64,000 nucleotides of DNA from a virus (Duplodnaviria; Caudoviricetes). Shown here piece after piece: positions 14,167-26,600 of the stretch. The stretch covers positions 1-64,000 of IMG/VR virus record IMGVR_UViG_3300014205_000206. One strand, given 5' to 3'. The notes beneath the pieces were generated by a model. It was not told the DNA's origin, searched no databases, and saw only the letters and a list, made by a program, of their open reading frames with translations. Numbering within the stretch: position 1 is the first letter of the stretch; each line of letters begins with the position of its first letter. The position numbers and the translations under genes are program-made.

Positions 14167-15458
14167 TAAAAGAAGCTCCTAAAGAAATTAATCAAGGAGT
14201 TCCACCATCGCGGAGACCTTGTTGGCTTCGGCTTATTCGGCGTTTCCGGTGGCAGCGGAATGGGCGTGATAGGCGAAACCGGCACCACCTCCACGCCGTT
14301 CCTGTAGGTCCGCAGCTTGATCCCAACGCCGAACTGCGCCTCAAGCACGGCAACGAGCGCCCCCTGCGGCAACGGGAAATGGACGCGAACGATAGGGTCG
14401 CCCTGCTTGCGCTCACACCAGCCGGTCCGAGCCACGAGATCAATCTCGGCGTGACCCGGTTCGATGCCCTGAGCCTTCCCGCCACGCCAGCCCGGATCTG
14501 CGCCAGCTACGCAGGTTGTGCCGTCGCTATCCCACCCGCTGTGATAGACGGAGGCCGTAGAGGACTTAGGTGAATCAAGCAGCGTGTTCGATACCCCAAG
14601 CTCGGCGCGCACGATCACAATAGGCTCAGCGGGCAGCCAGTCGCGAATAAGTTCGGTGACGCACCACGCCAGCGCGTCAATGTCGTTGTGCGTTGCAACC
14701 AACACGCGCGCCCGTTCGTCGCCGCTGATGATGTCGAGCGGGCCACCGGAGAACGATTCGATGGCGTCAAGAAACTGCTTGTGCCCCAACCACACGTCGC
14801 CGCCATGCCGCTCCCCGAGCCCGAGACTCGAAAGAAGGATCGTCGGCCAGAAGCCCTCATACCATCCGGAGCCCAGCCAATCCCAGCTCCGCTTTCCGGA
14901 GAGTACGCAATGCGGCCCGCCGCCAGAGCGACCGCCGAAATCTCCCTTGCCGACAAAGAGCCGGGCTCCAGGCCCGCGCTTACTCTCCGCTTCGATCCAA
15001 CTACGGCCCGGCCCCCAACAACCTGTAACCGCGAGCCAGCCGATAGTTGCGCGCAGCCACTCGCGCAGACCGGCGGCAATCGGCTCCCACGTTGTCTGGT
15101 CGGCATCGGCGAATCGCTGCGCGCACCGCCACTGCAAGATCGTTGGCTCTACGTGGAGTCGGATGTAGACCCACGCCCCAAATTCCTTTTGCATAAAACG
15201 CTTGTTGGCGAGCTTGTCGCGGAGGAACTCAGCGAGAACAGGAAGCGCCACCGTAGCGGGCTGGCGCCGCAGGACGTTGAGCATGTCAATCGCACACGCC
15301 ACCTCATCCCAGTTGTCGCTGGCCCCGCCACCATCGGCGTATCCACCCGCCGCGAGTTGGTCATACGCTGGCGGCGCAATGCGGATCTCTCCGCGAATCG
15401 CCGCCGGTACTAGCGACCACAGCTGGTCTATGCCTTGCTTCGTGTCGATGATCTTCAT
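14166..15458 (-). CDS. hypothetical protein (tail-end/lysis module)
   Basis: Long Trp/Gly-rich ORF in the late operon. Confidence 0.65.
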   Translation of the reverse strand: MKIIDTKQGIDQLWSLVPAAIRGEIRIAPPAYDQLAAGGYADGGGASDNWDEVACAIDMLNVLRRQPATVALPVLAEFLRDKLANKRFMQKEFGAWVYIRLHVEPTILQWRCAQRFADADQTTWEPIAAGLREWLRATIGWLAVTGCWGPGRSWIEAESKRGPGARLFVGKGDFGGRSGGGPHCVLSGKRSWDWLGSGWYEGFWPTILLSSLGLGERHGGDVWLGHKQFLDAIESFSGGPLDIISGDERARVLVATHNDIDALAWCVTELIRDWLPAEPIVIVRAELGVSNTLLDSPKSSTASVYHSGWDSDGTTCVAGADPGWRGGKAQGIEPGHAEIDLVARTGWCERKQGDPIVRVHFPLPQGALVAVLEAQFGVGIKLRTYRNGVEVVPVSPITPIPLPPETPNKPKPTRSPRWWNSLINFFRSFF

Positions 15459-15483
15459 GTCGCAGCTCCACAAGTTAGGTTCG

Positions 15484-15945
15484 TCATCGCTTGTCCTCCA
15501 AGCGCTGAATCATCGCTTTGATCTCGGTCATGTCGTCGCGCAGTTCGATGCGCGTCGGGTAGAGCGAACGCTGCATGGCTACGTCGATCAGGTGGGCGCG
15601 GAACAGTTCCTCGTCTTTATCCAGCCGCTCTCCGACCTGTTTGGCGATAGCGGCAGAGATCATGCGCTCCTGCTGCGGGGCGATGACGTACTTGTAGCAG
15701 CCCCAGATGATCGTCCACAGCATACCGCCGAGGGCGATTAGAAGCCCTATGGCAGCGCGTACCAGGGTGATGCTCCGCACCGCCCCCTGCACGAAGTCGT
15801 TGGCAAAAGCGTGGTTCTTGAACCCCCACAGCCCGAGCTTACGGCGGCGCATCCGCGTGGTTTCGCCAGTCACCTTGTCGGTGACATTCATCACCTCGCT
15901 CTCGTCTACCTTCTCGTCAGGGCCGATGGGCGTCATGTCGGTCAT
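15484..15945 (-). CDS. single-TM protein with C-terminal coiled coil
   Basis: Hydrophobic AAIGLLIALGGMLWTIIWG segment; GTGA/ATGA overlap. Confidence 0.65.
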   Translation of the reverse strand: MTDMTPIGPDEKVDESEVMNVTDKVTGETTRMRRRKLGLWGFKNHAFANDFVQGAVRSITLVRAAIGLLIALGGMLWTIIWGCYKYVIAPQQERMISAAIAKQVGERLDKDEELFRAHLIDVAMQRSLYPTRIELRDDMTEIKAMIQRLEDKR

Positions 15946-16973
15946 TCTCCGGCGCTGTTCTTGCTGGCATCTGTGCGGGCTCGCGCCCAGTCAAATACAC
16001 AGGTCGGATCGTCGCGCATCATCAGCCCCCACTTAGTCGGGTCGGCACTCGCGGTGGTCGCGCTCGCACCGATCTGGAAGAAATGCGTCCCCGTGATTGA
16101 GAACCAGCCTGTGATTGCGCGAGTCGCGTCGATGTAGCGCGCCTGCAGGTAGAACACTGTTGTGTTTACCGATGCCGTCGTAAACCTGAACGTGTCACTG
16201 CTCGCAGCAGATGGGGATGCGGTGTAGGAAGTCGCATTACCGACGACGAGCCCAGCGCCGGTCCCGGTTTGCACGAAGACAAGGCGCATGTCAGTGGGGG
16301 AGGCGGTCGTGCCAGCCGCGAGGAATGCGATCCCGCAGCCGTCGTTGGTGGCAGAGCCAAACTGGCTCAGCTTGACCGTCACGGTGAAATCAGTGTTCCC
16401 CGACGAGGGGGAGTCGGTCCACGCCACCATCGTCTCGTCGGTGCCAGAGTGGTTGATGGTGTAGCCGTCGAACTCTGCGACAGCGCCGCCGCCATCGAGG
16501 CCGTCCGTCGTGTTCCAGGTGAGCGTCGTCCCGCCAGTGAACTCGTCGCAGGCCGCGCACGACGAGGGCGGACGGTTAGGGTCGTACTGCTGGTAGGGCG
16601 GGATCTTGGCGAAGTCGATGAGAGCTTTGTCGGCAGCTGACTCAGCGACCGCGCCGTAGTCGTCGCGGATCGTGGCGATCTCGGCAAGTGCGGTTGAGTC
16701 GTTGCCGCCATCGTCGCCGATGTCCAAGATAATCGACGTTCCGCCACCGAGCGACGAGCAGCTCCCCCACGAACCGTTAATGCAGCAGCAACGCGACTCG
16801 CCGGTACCGGTACTGGAAGTACAGGATGTGCTGTTGACGACGAAGTACATGCGCGGGTTGCCGGATGTGCAAGTCCCCATGCCTGAGTACGCTCCGCTGT
16901 CCTGCGCCGCGAGTGGGGAACACAGCAAAGCGGCCAGAAGTAGCAGTTCGACTATGTGACCTCGAAGCTTCAC
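15942..16973 (-). CDS. signal-peptide-bearing, Cys-rich, beta-rich protein at the tail-fibre position
   Basis: MKLRGHIVELLLLAALLCSPLAA-Q Sec-type signal; Gly/Ser/Thr-rich beta domain. Confidence 0.65.
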   Translation of the reverse strand: MKLRGHIVELLLLAALLCSPLAAQDSGAYSGMGTCTSGNPRMYFVVNSTSCTSSTGTGESRCCCINGSWGSCSSLGGGTSIILDIGDDGGNDSTALAEIATIRDDYGAVAESAADKALIDFAKIPPYQQYDPNRPPSSCAACDEFTGGTTLTWNTTDGLDGGGAVAEFDGYTINHSGTDETMVAWTDSPSSGNTDFTVTVKLSQFGSATNDGCGIAFLAAGTTASPTDMRLVFVQTGTGAGLVVGNATSYTASPSAASSDTFRFTTASVNTTVFYLQARYIDATRAITGWFSITGTHFFQIGASATTASADPTKWGLMMRDDPTCVFDWARARTDASKNSAGE

Positions 16974-18343
16974 AGTACCTCCTCAAACTCAAGTTCGAAC
17001 GAGTTCTCGTAGCCCTCATCTGGCTGGATGTTGATCCAGTTTTCAGGGTTGCGAATATGACCAAACAAGGTTGTCGCTTTGGCCTGAGTAGCGTCTCCAA
17101 CCATTGTAGAAACGACGAAAGGCTTCATCAAACCGTGGCGCCACAACATTCTGTCAAGAATCGTGTGCGCTTCAACAGTTGTAGCATGTCCGAGCGAAAG
17201 CGACACAACTCTACGAGTTGGGCGACGCGAGCCGAATATGCCGCCGCCGTATGTGCGCTTGCGCGGCGACGAATCGACGACGCCGGCGAGCTTTCCGTAG
17301 GACATGTTGATCGTCGGTCGCCATGACTCGCCAATCACGAAGCACCCGATCTGCACGTAGTTGTGCGTCAGCGGGTGTACCTCCCGCGTGTTGACGTAGT
17401 CGGTGGGCGAGCGGCTGGAGCGGATATGCAGGTGGACCCAGTACGGATTGTAGGTAATCGGGAACTCGTAGAGGATCACGTTACCTGGGCCATCGACCTC
17501 TGGCCTGTATGTGATGCCGCTGCCGTCATACGGATTGTAGGTAAGCCACCCGGAGTCGGCTTCGCGCGCATCGCGGTCGGTCGCGAGAACGACAGAGTAA
17601 ACCTTGACGTAGGAGAGGTTACTACGTGGCATCGAGGAGATCTTGACCTCGATATTTGCGCCGCTCGACACGCTCAGGTTTGCCGCGTCGAACGGAAAGC
17701 ACATCACCTGCCCGCCCTCGGTGTCCGCTGCGCGGATCGTCCGCGTGCCGAGCGACTGTCTGAACACGCCGCTCTCGTAGAGGTCGACCGTGATGGTTGG
17801 CATCTTTCCTGGCCACGGATAGGTCGTCGCCGCGAGAATCCAGAACGCCTGCAGGTCGGTTCCGTTGATGATGCCGGCCGGAGTCGGGAAGCTCAGGCCG
17901 ATAGACCACGGAGAACTCTCTGTGCCGGCGGAAGGCCCGGCGAACGTGCCGAGTGTAAGCGTCTCGCCGTTGTCAACGTCGGCGTAAGTGCTGGTCGTGT
18001 TCGTCGTCAGCCCGGCGACGGTTCCGGTCGGATTGTCCAGCGTCACGCCAGTCGGTCTGGTGGCCTGCCCGCCCGACTCCTTCACCCAAATCCTGTACTG
18101 GTCGCCGCGCTTTAGGTTGTGGCCGACGATGGCGATGGAGTTCACTGAAAATGCGGTGTCGGCCTGTGTGTAGAAAGTCACGGCACACTTTGTCGGCCAG
18201 TTGCTCTCTGAGCGCCAGAACTTCGACGGCGCCTCACTCGTCATGTTCGCGCCGGCCATCGACGCGGAGGCGTCGCTGGAGCCCTCAATGACCGCCTGCG
18301 ACAAGGCCGCGATGTTTTCTGGAATGATGACAGCGTTGCTCAC
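16970..18343 (-). CDS. tail tip / distal tail protein
   Basis: Position after the tape measure and hub genes; YGK...VVDSSPRKRTYGG pattern. Confidence 0.6.
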   Translation of the reverse strand: MSNAVIIPENIAALSQAVIEGSSDASASMAGANMTSEAPSKFWRSESNWPTKCAVTFYTQADTAFSVNSIAIVGHNLKRGDQYRIWVKESGGQATRPTGVTLDNPTGTVAGLTTNTTSTYADVDNGETLTLGTFAGPSAGTESSPWSIGLSFPTPAGIINGTDLQAFWILAATTYPWPGKMPTITVDLYESGVFRQSLGTRTIRAADTEGGQVMCFPFDAANLSVSSGANIEVKISSMPRSNLSYVKVYSVVLATDRDAREADSGWLTYNPYDGSGITYRPEVDGPGNVILYEFPITYNPYWVHLHIRSSRSPTDYVNTREVHPLTHNYVQIGCFVIGESWRPTINMSYGKLAGVVDSSPRKRTYGGGIFGSRRPTRRVVSLSLGHATTVEAHTILDRMLWRHGLMKPFVVSTMVGDATQAKATTLFGHIRNPENWINIQPDEGYENSFELEFEEVL

Positions 18344-20667
18344 GAGATTACCTCTCTATACAGCGTAAGCCACGTTCCGCCGGCTTCCGAGTCGTCTTCG
18401 ACGGCAAGCACAACAAAGACAGTTGTGGGCGAAGTTCCGACGCGATACTGTTGTTCATTGTACCTGTCGCCGTCTACAAGCGATAGTGTAACGAAGTCCA
18501 TTCTGTCGATTTGTAGCGCTCCTTGCGCGAAGAATGCACGGAATGCTTGACCCTGTTGATCGTAGAGATCGAGCAAACGGGAAGATTCAATAGCTGCGTC
18601 TGCATAAGTCTGCAAAGCAGTGTCAATGGCTAGGACTGGTGCGCCTTTGTAAGCATGGCGTGTTGCCACGTTGCGCGGGCTCGACGTTCTCCACTCAGTC
18701 ATCAGGAAACGCCAGTTTCCAGTAGCCGGTGGAGGGTTGGCCGTTACCACGGCTACGGCGATGTCGGTGGACGAGTGGACTAGGTCGTTCTTGCGGAAGT
18801 GCAGATCAATTCCCCACACCGGAGAACCGGTATTCAGCGGTTCGATGGTTCCTTCTTCGATGTCTCCTTCTGTAAAGTCAGAAACGGTCGTCTCTCCAAC
18901 CGTACCGGTAAATACTAGCGCGGTGAAAGCTCCTGACGACCGTTTGAACCAGCCCACTGCTCCGATGCTTTTCAGTAGGAACGAGACGACTTCAGCAACG
19001 GTTACTTCGTCATAGCATGCAGCTCCGCATACTGCGCTATTCGCTGTGTCGAGCGCAGTAAAAGCTGCTGTATCAAGATCAGTCGGATCTGTAAGTGGTT
19101 GCGGCCCTCGATTGCAGATCAGATACCGAATGATTTCACCAGCCGTCGTTCGATAAGTAGACGCATCGCCGTAGCCTGTTCCGCCAGTATTGTCGCCCTT
19201 GACTGTCATGGTCACTGGCATGTTTGGCGCAGTTCTTAGGCGAAACCACGTTCCATACTGCGTCACCAACCGCTCGTAGAATCCTGCTGCTGTCGTCGCA
19301 GCAAGGAACGTAACCATAGAAGTATATGTCGTTCCGGGCGCTGCGTCGTAAGCGATGACAGTGCCGCCAACTAGCACCTGAGTTGTCTCATAGACCGAAC
19401 CGCTGTGGACTTGATAGATCAAATGTGGTTCGTCAACAAGCACTGGCACGAAACCCTCGCGCTGCCCAAAAACGTCCGGCAGCGGCATGCCTTCCATGTC
19501 CTCTCCGCCTTGCAACGACGGATACCATGTTGCCCCCGTGATCGTGCAAGTTACTCCGCTTGCACTTGAGTCAGTCAGTGTCGCCCCTATCCCATCGTCG
19601 AATTTCGCATAGAACTTCACAGCAGCGGTGATCTCCGCTGGTTGAAGCTGACGAGTCATGTAAGCGCAAATCTGGCCGCGAGATCGTGCGACGTTCCAGA
19701 TGCGTAGTTCGTCAAGAAAACCTGCGTAGATGTTGCCGAGTGCGTCGTTGCACCCGATATAAAAGAGCCTAGAAGCAGTAAGCGGTGCAGTGTGGATTCC
19801 ATAAGTTGTCGTAACGTTAACGCCATCGAAGTAGATCGCGCAGGAGGTGCCAGAAAGGACAACGGCGACATGGACACGCTTGTTAAGCGTGATGGCCGAC
19901 GATATCGTGGTTTGGCTAGCCCCAGCCTGACAAGTAACAAGCGCGACGTAACCGCCAGTGTTCATTCGAACGAACCAGCCATCAGTGGCGGCTAGACCGC
20001 GTCCGCAGATGAACAAGTTCGACGCCGGAGCTGTCTCAAGATATGTGTAAAATTCGACGGTAAAAATACCAGTTGTGAAATCAAGGTGACTTGTATCAGC
20101 AGCGACGGCTCCGCATGTAACGCGGTCACCAGCGCCATCGAAGTATAGTTGATACGTTCCTCCGCTGTACTTGCGATCTTGAATCGGGTACTCAAGTCTC
20201 GCGTCTTTGTTGCGTAGAGCGATAGTCACTTCATCAATTCCAACGAGCGCTGGGCCGTCTCCCTCCCCAGAGAACACAGTGAGGAAGTCAGCGTGGGCAA
20301 CAAACCCGTAGACAGGCGAGTAACCACCGTGTTTGATCGTTACCGTTCGGCCATCAAATGCATAAAGTCGAAGGTAGTCTAGATCGCCAATATCTTGCAA
20401 TAGGACAATCGATCCTCCGTCGCGTGGAGGAAGAAGGCCGCCGAGCGATCCAAGCTCATCGATGGTGGCGGAGAAATTGTAACCATTGGCCATACGAGCT
20501 TCATACTGCTGCGAATCCGGAGTATCTCCAATCTCAGTTCCGTAGGTTGATGTTGAGAAGTAGAGCGTTCCGGTCGTCTCGCCAACTGTGTCGTAGTAAT
20601 CTACCTCAGCAAGCCAAATACTTACGCGCATTGGGTCTGACAAGAATTGTTCGTAGGTGGCGCCCAT
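18340..20667 (-). CDS. tail hub protein with LamG/ConA-like insertion
   Basis: FTVEFY...HVAVV...YFDG...GFLDELRIWNVAR LamG motif; directly after the tape measure gene. Confidence 0.75.
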   Translation of the reverse strand: MGATYEQFLSDPMRVSIWLAEVDYYDTVGETTGTLYFSTSTYGTEIGDTPDSQQYEARMANGYNFSATIDELGSLGGLLPPRDGGSIVLLQDIGDLDYLRLYAFDGRTVTIKHGGYSPVYGFVAHADFLTVFSGEGDGPALVGIDEVTIALRNKDARLEYPIQDRKYSGGTYQLYFDGAGDRVTCGAVAADTSHLDFTTGIFTVEFYTYLETAPASNLFICGRGLAATDGWFVRMNTGGYVALVTCQAGASQTTISSAITLNKRVHVAVVLSGTSCAIYFDGVNVTTTYGIHTAPLTASRLFYIGCNDALGNIYAGFLDELRIWNVARSRGQICAYMTRQLQPAEITAAVKFYAKFDDGIGATLTDSSASGVTCTITGATWYPSLQGGEDMEGMPLPDVFGQREGFVPVLVDEPHLIYQVHSGSVYETTQVLVGGTVIAYDAAPGTTYTSMVTFLAATTAAGFYERLVTQYGTWFRLRTAPNMPVTMTVKGDNTGGTGYGDASTYRTTAGEIIRYLICNRGPQPLTDPTDLDTAAFTALDTANSAVCGAACYDEVTVAEVVSFLLKSIGAVGWFKRSSGAFTALVFTGTVGETTVSDFTEGDIEEGTIEPLNTGSPVWGIDLHFRKNDLVHSSTDIAVAVVTANPPPATGNWRFLMTEWRTSSPRNVATRHAYKGAPVLAIDTALQTYADAAIESSRLLDLYDQQGQAFRAFFAQGALQIDRMDFVTLSLVDGDRYNEQQYRVGTSPTTVFVVLAVEDDSEAGGTWLTLYREVIS

Positions 20668-20668
20668 G

Positions 20669-23600
20669 TTATGAACCCCTCACCGAACTGTTGCGTCCGC
20701 CCGTGTAACCAGCGTATGAAAGCTTCGGCTTTCGGTTTCTGTCCGATGACGATTCTCTTAGTCCCTTTGCAGTAAGCTCTGCAATCAATTCTAGATTGCG
20801 GTTCATACGAGCAGCATGGTTGTTTGTCGAAATACTTGGAGTTCCACCAACAGCAGAAGACTGAGAAGCTTGATTATTTGCCGCTGCACCTTGATTTTCT
20901 GGTCCGTTAGCATTGTTTCCTACCTGCTGGAATAGCCAAGTTCGAAGTGCAGCGATCTGGGCTGCGGTCATAGATCCCGGAGTCATTCCGAGCATATTCT
21001 CCATGGTCGAAACGAAGTCGGACATTTCTGATATAGACACCTGACTATCTTCGAGTATCGATTGAACAATCGAAGTCAAGTCTCCAAGTTCTGTCCCATT
21101 AAGTTGCGACCAATCAAGGTTATAAGCTTCGAAAACCTCCTGCAAAGTACGAGGAGTCTGCGTCGGTGTTCCCGGAGGAGTGAATCCGCCGCCACCACCT
21201 GTACCACTACCAGTTGTGTCGAAATTCATCCACAGCAAATACATGTTGTCTAGGATCTCGGCAATCGTATCTAGCCTCTGCTCAATTGGTTGGTACTGGC
21301 TTGGGACTTGATCCAGAATGTCCTGAATGGACCCCATGATTGCCGTCATGTCTTCATTAATGGTATTGAAAATGTCGCTGTATCCAGCGCTAGCTGTTCC
21401 GAACATCTGCGAAGCCAAATCCAGGTACGATTGGGCTGCGGCTGGAAGTTGCTCCATCGCGTTCAAATCGCCAGCTTGAGCTAGTGCAAGAAGACGCTCG
21501 TATTCAGCCTGAGCCATGTCGTACTGGTCAGAAATGCTGTACGGAGACAGTTCAGATGTTTGCAGATCCTTTAGGAAGTCAGTGTACGTCTGCAAGATGT
21601 TACGAAGGCGATCTAGTGCACGGAGCAACGCCTGCAACGTGTCTTCAAGCGGATTAGATCCGCTAGTGTCTCCTCCACCACCAGTATCGCCAGTTGGAAC
21701 GGTGAAGTCTGGAGGATTTCTACGAGCCTCGTTAAGAATGTCGAGTAGATACTCGTACAACTCTTGGTTGATCCAGTGCTGAGCGTAAGCTGTTTCAAGT
21801 GTTAGTTCGAATTCGGCCAACTTCATGTTGTATTCGAATTCGGCCAAACGTGCTCTAATCTCTGCACTCTTTTCAGAGTCGCCAAGCGCATCTGTGAAGT
21901 ACACAGCCATATTCAGCAGGTTGACGGCCATTTGGTCGTTGAATTCCCGCTGAACCTGCTCTGAGTGTGCTAGGGCATCAGCGTACTCTTCGGCGGTGAT
22001 TGTACCGTTCCTGAAGTCTTCACCCAATTGAGAATTAGCCTTATCAAGATCGATGAATCTCTTAATCAATCCTGTCAGGTTATCTCGCACGCTTTCCATT
22101 GGAGATCCGAACGAATCCAACAAGTCTTCGCGCAAACGAGCCATCGCTTCGTGACGAACACGGGCCAGTTCTTCCTCTTGACCAATGTATTCGTCCAGCA
22201 ATGCTTGATCGTCAAATGCAGCGTTCAGCTCCTCGACGGCGCGCTGGTAGTCGGTCAGGTTCTCACTTCTGTAGCTCTCCAAGAAGTCAGCACGCAGACG
22301 AGCAAGCTCTGCAAGACGAGCAGCTTCAAGCTCTTCTTCCATGCCGAGGCGACGAGCAGCCTTGACTTGAGCATCGTAGGCTTCGTTGATGTCGTAAATC
22401 GCGCCAGCCACTTCGCTCATGGCATCGCGCTGCTTCTGCTTCCAGAACGACCAGAACTCATCGATGATGTTAGGTCCAGTGTTGCCGCCACGGCCACCGT
22501 TGGGGTTAGGCAAGTGGATCTCAGCCATATCGATCGGCTTGATGGCGTCGAGCGCTGCCATTGCCTGATTGATCGCGTCGAGCTGGATCTGTAGCGCAGC
22601 CAGTGAAGCGCCACCTGCGGCGCGACGCACCTCGAACTCGTTACGCGCGATCTCCATGTCTTGGCTGGCGAGTTCGTTGCGTGCGCCGATTCGCCAAGAG
22701 GCGATGTCGACCTCTGTGTTCGACATGCTCATGTCCGCGTCGATCAGGTCGCGGCGCATCCGCATTTTGATTAGGTCGAACTCATACTTACGGTTAACCC
22801 ACTCGACCTCAGTTCCAAATATGGCGATTTTGTGCTCAAGCTCCGCCTTGGCCAGCTCCATGTTTGCCTTCGACATCGCCAGTTGAGCATTGAACATCGC
22901 GGCCTGACGTTGACGCTCTGCCATCTGCTCCGCAGCGCTCGCTTCGTGGCCGGTGATCTGGTCGCGAATGGAGGCAAACTGCTGAACCGTCCACTGCTCG
23001 GCGACCACCGCAGCGTCGCCCATCGACACACCCATTGCGTGTAGCTGACTAGCTAGTTGGCTAGCTTGAGCCGGAAGATCGCGAAGTTGAATCTCGATAT
23101 CAGTCAGCCCAGACAGGTCGTTCATAATCTGCGTGACAGCCTTGATGGCTGCGGCAAATTCGTCCGGACCCTTGCTGGCGTCGAAGTTGTCAATCACCTG
23201 CTGCACGATTGGATTTAGGCTGTTCTTCAAGTTCTCTGCGCTGAACAACTTCTTCATAGCAGCTACGATGGCTTCATCCATCGTCTTGAATGTGCCAATT
23301 ACAACCCCATCAACGAGAGCTCGGAATCCCTTTTTATCGTTTCGAACAGCAATGGCAGCCCTGTGAGCACCATCAAGCAACGCACCAGTTGCAGACTGAA
23401 CTTCGTCTAGAAGTGACTTGAAAGCATCAGCAATCTTTGCTCCGGTTTCGTTCAATTTTCCACTACTGAACATTGTGTCGGAGCCGCTGTTATAGCTAAC
23501 TGTCGTTTGGTAACGAACAGCGTTGGCTCGATCAACCTGATGCTTCAATATAGCCACAGCGGCGGCGGCAACTGCCACCCACGCACCAAGAGCCATTGCT

Positions 23601-26600
23601 CCGCTTGAAATTCCAGCTCCCCCGCCAGCTCCTCCACCTCCGAACAATCCCTTCAACGCACCCATAAATCCGCCGCCACCGCTGGATGAACTCCCGCCAC
23701 TAATAGCCTTGGATGCGAGTGCAGCTTTGGCAATAGCCACAAGCATGGCAGACAGCCACTTAGCTACAGCTTCAAGCATCGAGGCTTGCAGGTTCTTGCC
23801 TAGATTCTTGACGGCGTCTTTGTTACCTTCGCCAAGTTCAGTCAGGAACGTCTTTAGTCCACCCTCAAGCGCGCTCCACATGTCCTCCTTGAAGTCATGC
23901 GTGATCTTGGCCAAATCGACCTTAATCTTGGCAAGCGAGCTAGCCTTCAACTGCGCTTCGAACTCGATGACATCGTCTTTGCCAATCTGACCACTTCTTA
24001 GGGCATCGGCAATCTGCTTCTGGATGTTGAACGCCTCTAGAGCGCCCTGCCCACCCTTTAGGGCTACGGCGTACTTCTCCATCCACTCGGTTTCGTACTT
24101 CAAGTCATCGATAAGCTTGGTTGCAGATACATCCTGTTGCGACTTGGCCAATTCCTTGTTAGCGTCAGCTAGCTTCATAATGGCAAGCCACATCTCTGCG
24201 GTGATCTTCGCTCCAGGCTTGACGATGGCATTGTATGCTGCCTGATACGCAGCCACATCCATCAACGCTTCAGACCCAGCATTCAGCGCGATGACGTATT
24301 GCTCGTTCTGGTCGATAGCGTTTTGGATAGCCGACGTATCTTCGTACAGCTTATTGGCTAGTTCAGTTTCGATGTTCGAATCGTACACAGCGGCGGCTTT
24401 GCGCTTCGTGGACTCGATATATCCGTCGTCAATTGTTACGCTGTTAGCCTTCGCCTTCGTAAGTATATCTTCGGTGATTGCAGCAATGCCGATGGCGCGA
24501 GTTTGCTCGTCTACGGCGTCTGCGCCGCTCTTGTACGCGCTTAGCATCTTGCTATTAGATGCAAGTTGGTTGTCCATCTGGATGTTCAGCTTCGCCATCT
24601 CTTCGTTCGCTTGACGAAGACCGGGAGATAGCTCATCCATCAGGATGTTGGCACCGTTCTGTTTGATCTCGTTTAGGCGTTCTTGCGCTTCGGCTGAACC
24701 TTTGGCACCAAACTTACCAGCCTCATACAACTCGTTCGCCAGCGCCATGGCGTCGTCGAAGTTCTTTTGAGCCGTGTTGAACTCATCGTACTTCTTAAGC
24801 ATCCTATCGATTTCTTTTTGATAGGCGTTGGCTGCGCTGGCGGATTCGCGCAACTCTTTTGCATCGCTTTTTGCAAGACCCGGAGTTGTCGCGTTCTGAC
24901 GAGCTTTCAACGCATCAGCTTTTTGCCTTTCAACTTCAGCTAGCTGCTCTTTCAATCCACCTAGTCGCTTAAACTCCCCCTTTTCAAAGTCTTGCTGGAT
25001 CTGCTTAAGCGTTTCTTGATATGTCTTTTCCGCTTCAATAGCTCGCTTTGAAGAGGTAACGACATCGTCCATCTCGCTCGTCATCCAATGGAATCGAGCG
25101 TTCGCTTTTTCCACCACCACAGCAAGTACACCAGCTTCTACTCGCAAGTCAGCTAGAGACTTAGATCCGGTTTTCGAAACAGCCTCGATCTTTTCTAGGT
25201 TTGTAACGTCTAGTTCGATGCTTTCATCAACCTTGCCAGGCAACCTAGCCTTGCTTTTTTCTAGTTCTTTGATTAGATCGAGAACGTTTTTTAGGTCTTC
25301 TTTTGCTTTATCAAGCCCAAGCTTCGGAGCCAATCGTTCTTCTGGCGTTATCGGTTGGTCATTCCTTCCGGCCAATTTGTCTTGCAATGAACGAAGGATG
25401 TCGAATTGGGTCTTTACCTGATTCGTGTTTGCGATGATTCTGAGGATCGCTTCGTCACTTTCCTTTTCTGACTTCTTGATTTGATCGTAAAGCAAGTGCG
25501 TTCCTTCAGCGATCAATGCAATGCCGATGGTGACGAGTCCTCCGATTGAACTCCAAAACACTTTCGCAGCGGAAGCGGCATCCAACAATGCCACCTTGAA
25601 TAGCTTCAGTTTGGCGATTGCTGACTCAAACCACAACACTACAGCCAACGCCAGCAGCGTCTTGATAGTTTCGATCAAAGCACCAAAGCTTGCAGTAACG
25701 GCAGCAACAAGCTGCGGCAAATGAATTGTTTGAGACGTGCTAACTAGAAAATCAAACCATTCATTCTTTAGTCGGTTAAGCTCGGCGGATAGCAACTTCG
25801 CACCAGAAATAGAACCTGGACCGAACACTTCATGCAGCTTGGCAGCGAGCTTCGGTAGCAAGTCTTCCGAGAGAACTCTACCTTGCTCAAGGTTCTTTGC
25901 AAGTTCCAACTGTGTCCATCCCATCGCTTCAGCAGCTAGACGGAAAGCTCCGGGGATACGCTCGGCAAACTGACCACGCAACTCTTCGCTTTGTACTGTA
26001 CCCTTAGAAATCATCTGCTGCAAAGCTAGGATAGCTCCCTCGGCAACTTCCGAGGATAGACCCATAGCTGTCGTGGCTTCGGAAACGGACACGAAAATGT
26101 CGCGTACCTGCGCAGACGACAAAGAAGTATTCTGAGCAGCCACATCGAACTTAGCAAACGAAACACCGACGCTCTGGATATCAAGACCAAGCTTTTGTGC
26201 GTTGTCTCGAAGGAACGCCATCTTGTCTGCGGCCTCGCCTGCACTTCCAGACGAAATAGCAAACGTGTTAGTCATACGGTCGAACGACTGACGAGCGCCA
26301 ACCATCTCGTTCTTCAACTTGTTCAGTGCAACAGTAGCCAGCGTTCCGATGGCAGTTTGGAACGCAGTAAGGCTATACGTAGCCTTGTCTGTCGATGGCT
26401 TAATATTTTGCGTAGCCTTTTCCTGCGCCTTGAGTTCCTTTTCTAGCTTGTTGACAGCATCGCGTGCCGCATACTCTTGGCGAGTGAACTGATCGATAGC
26501 CTGACCAGCCTTGCTGGTCGCGTCTGTACCGGCACGCATCTGGCGCGTCTCGATTTCGTGGGCAAGATTGAACGCAGCAATGCCGGATCGACCGCCATTG

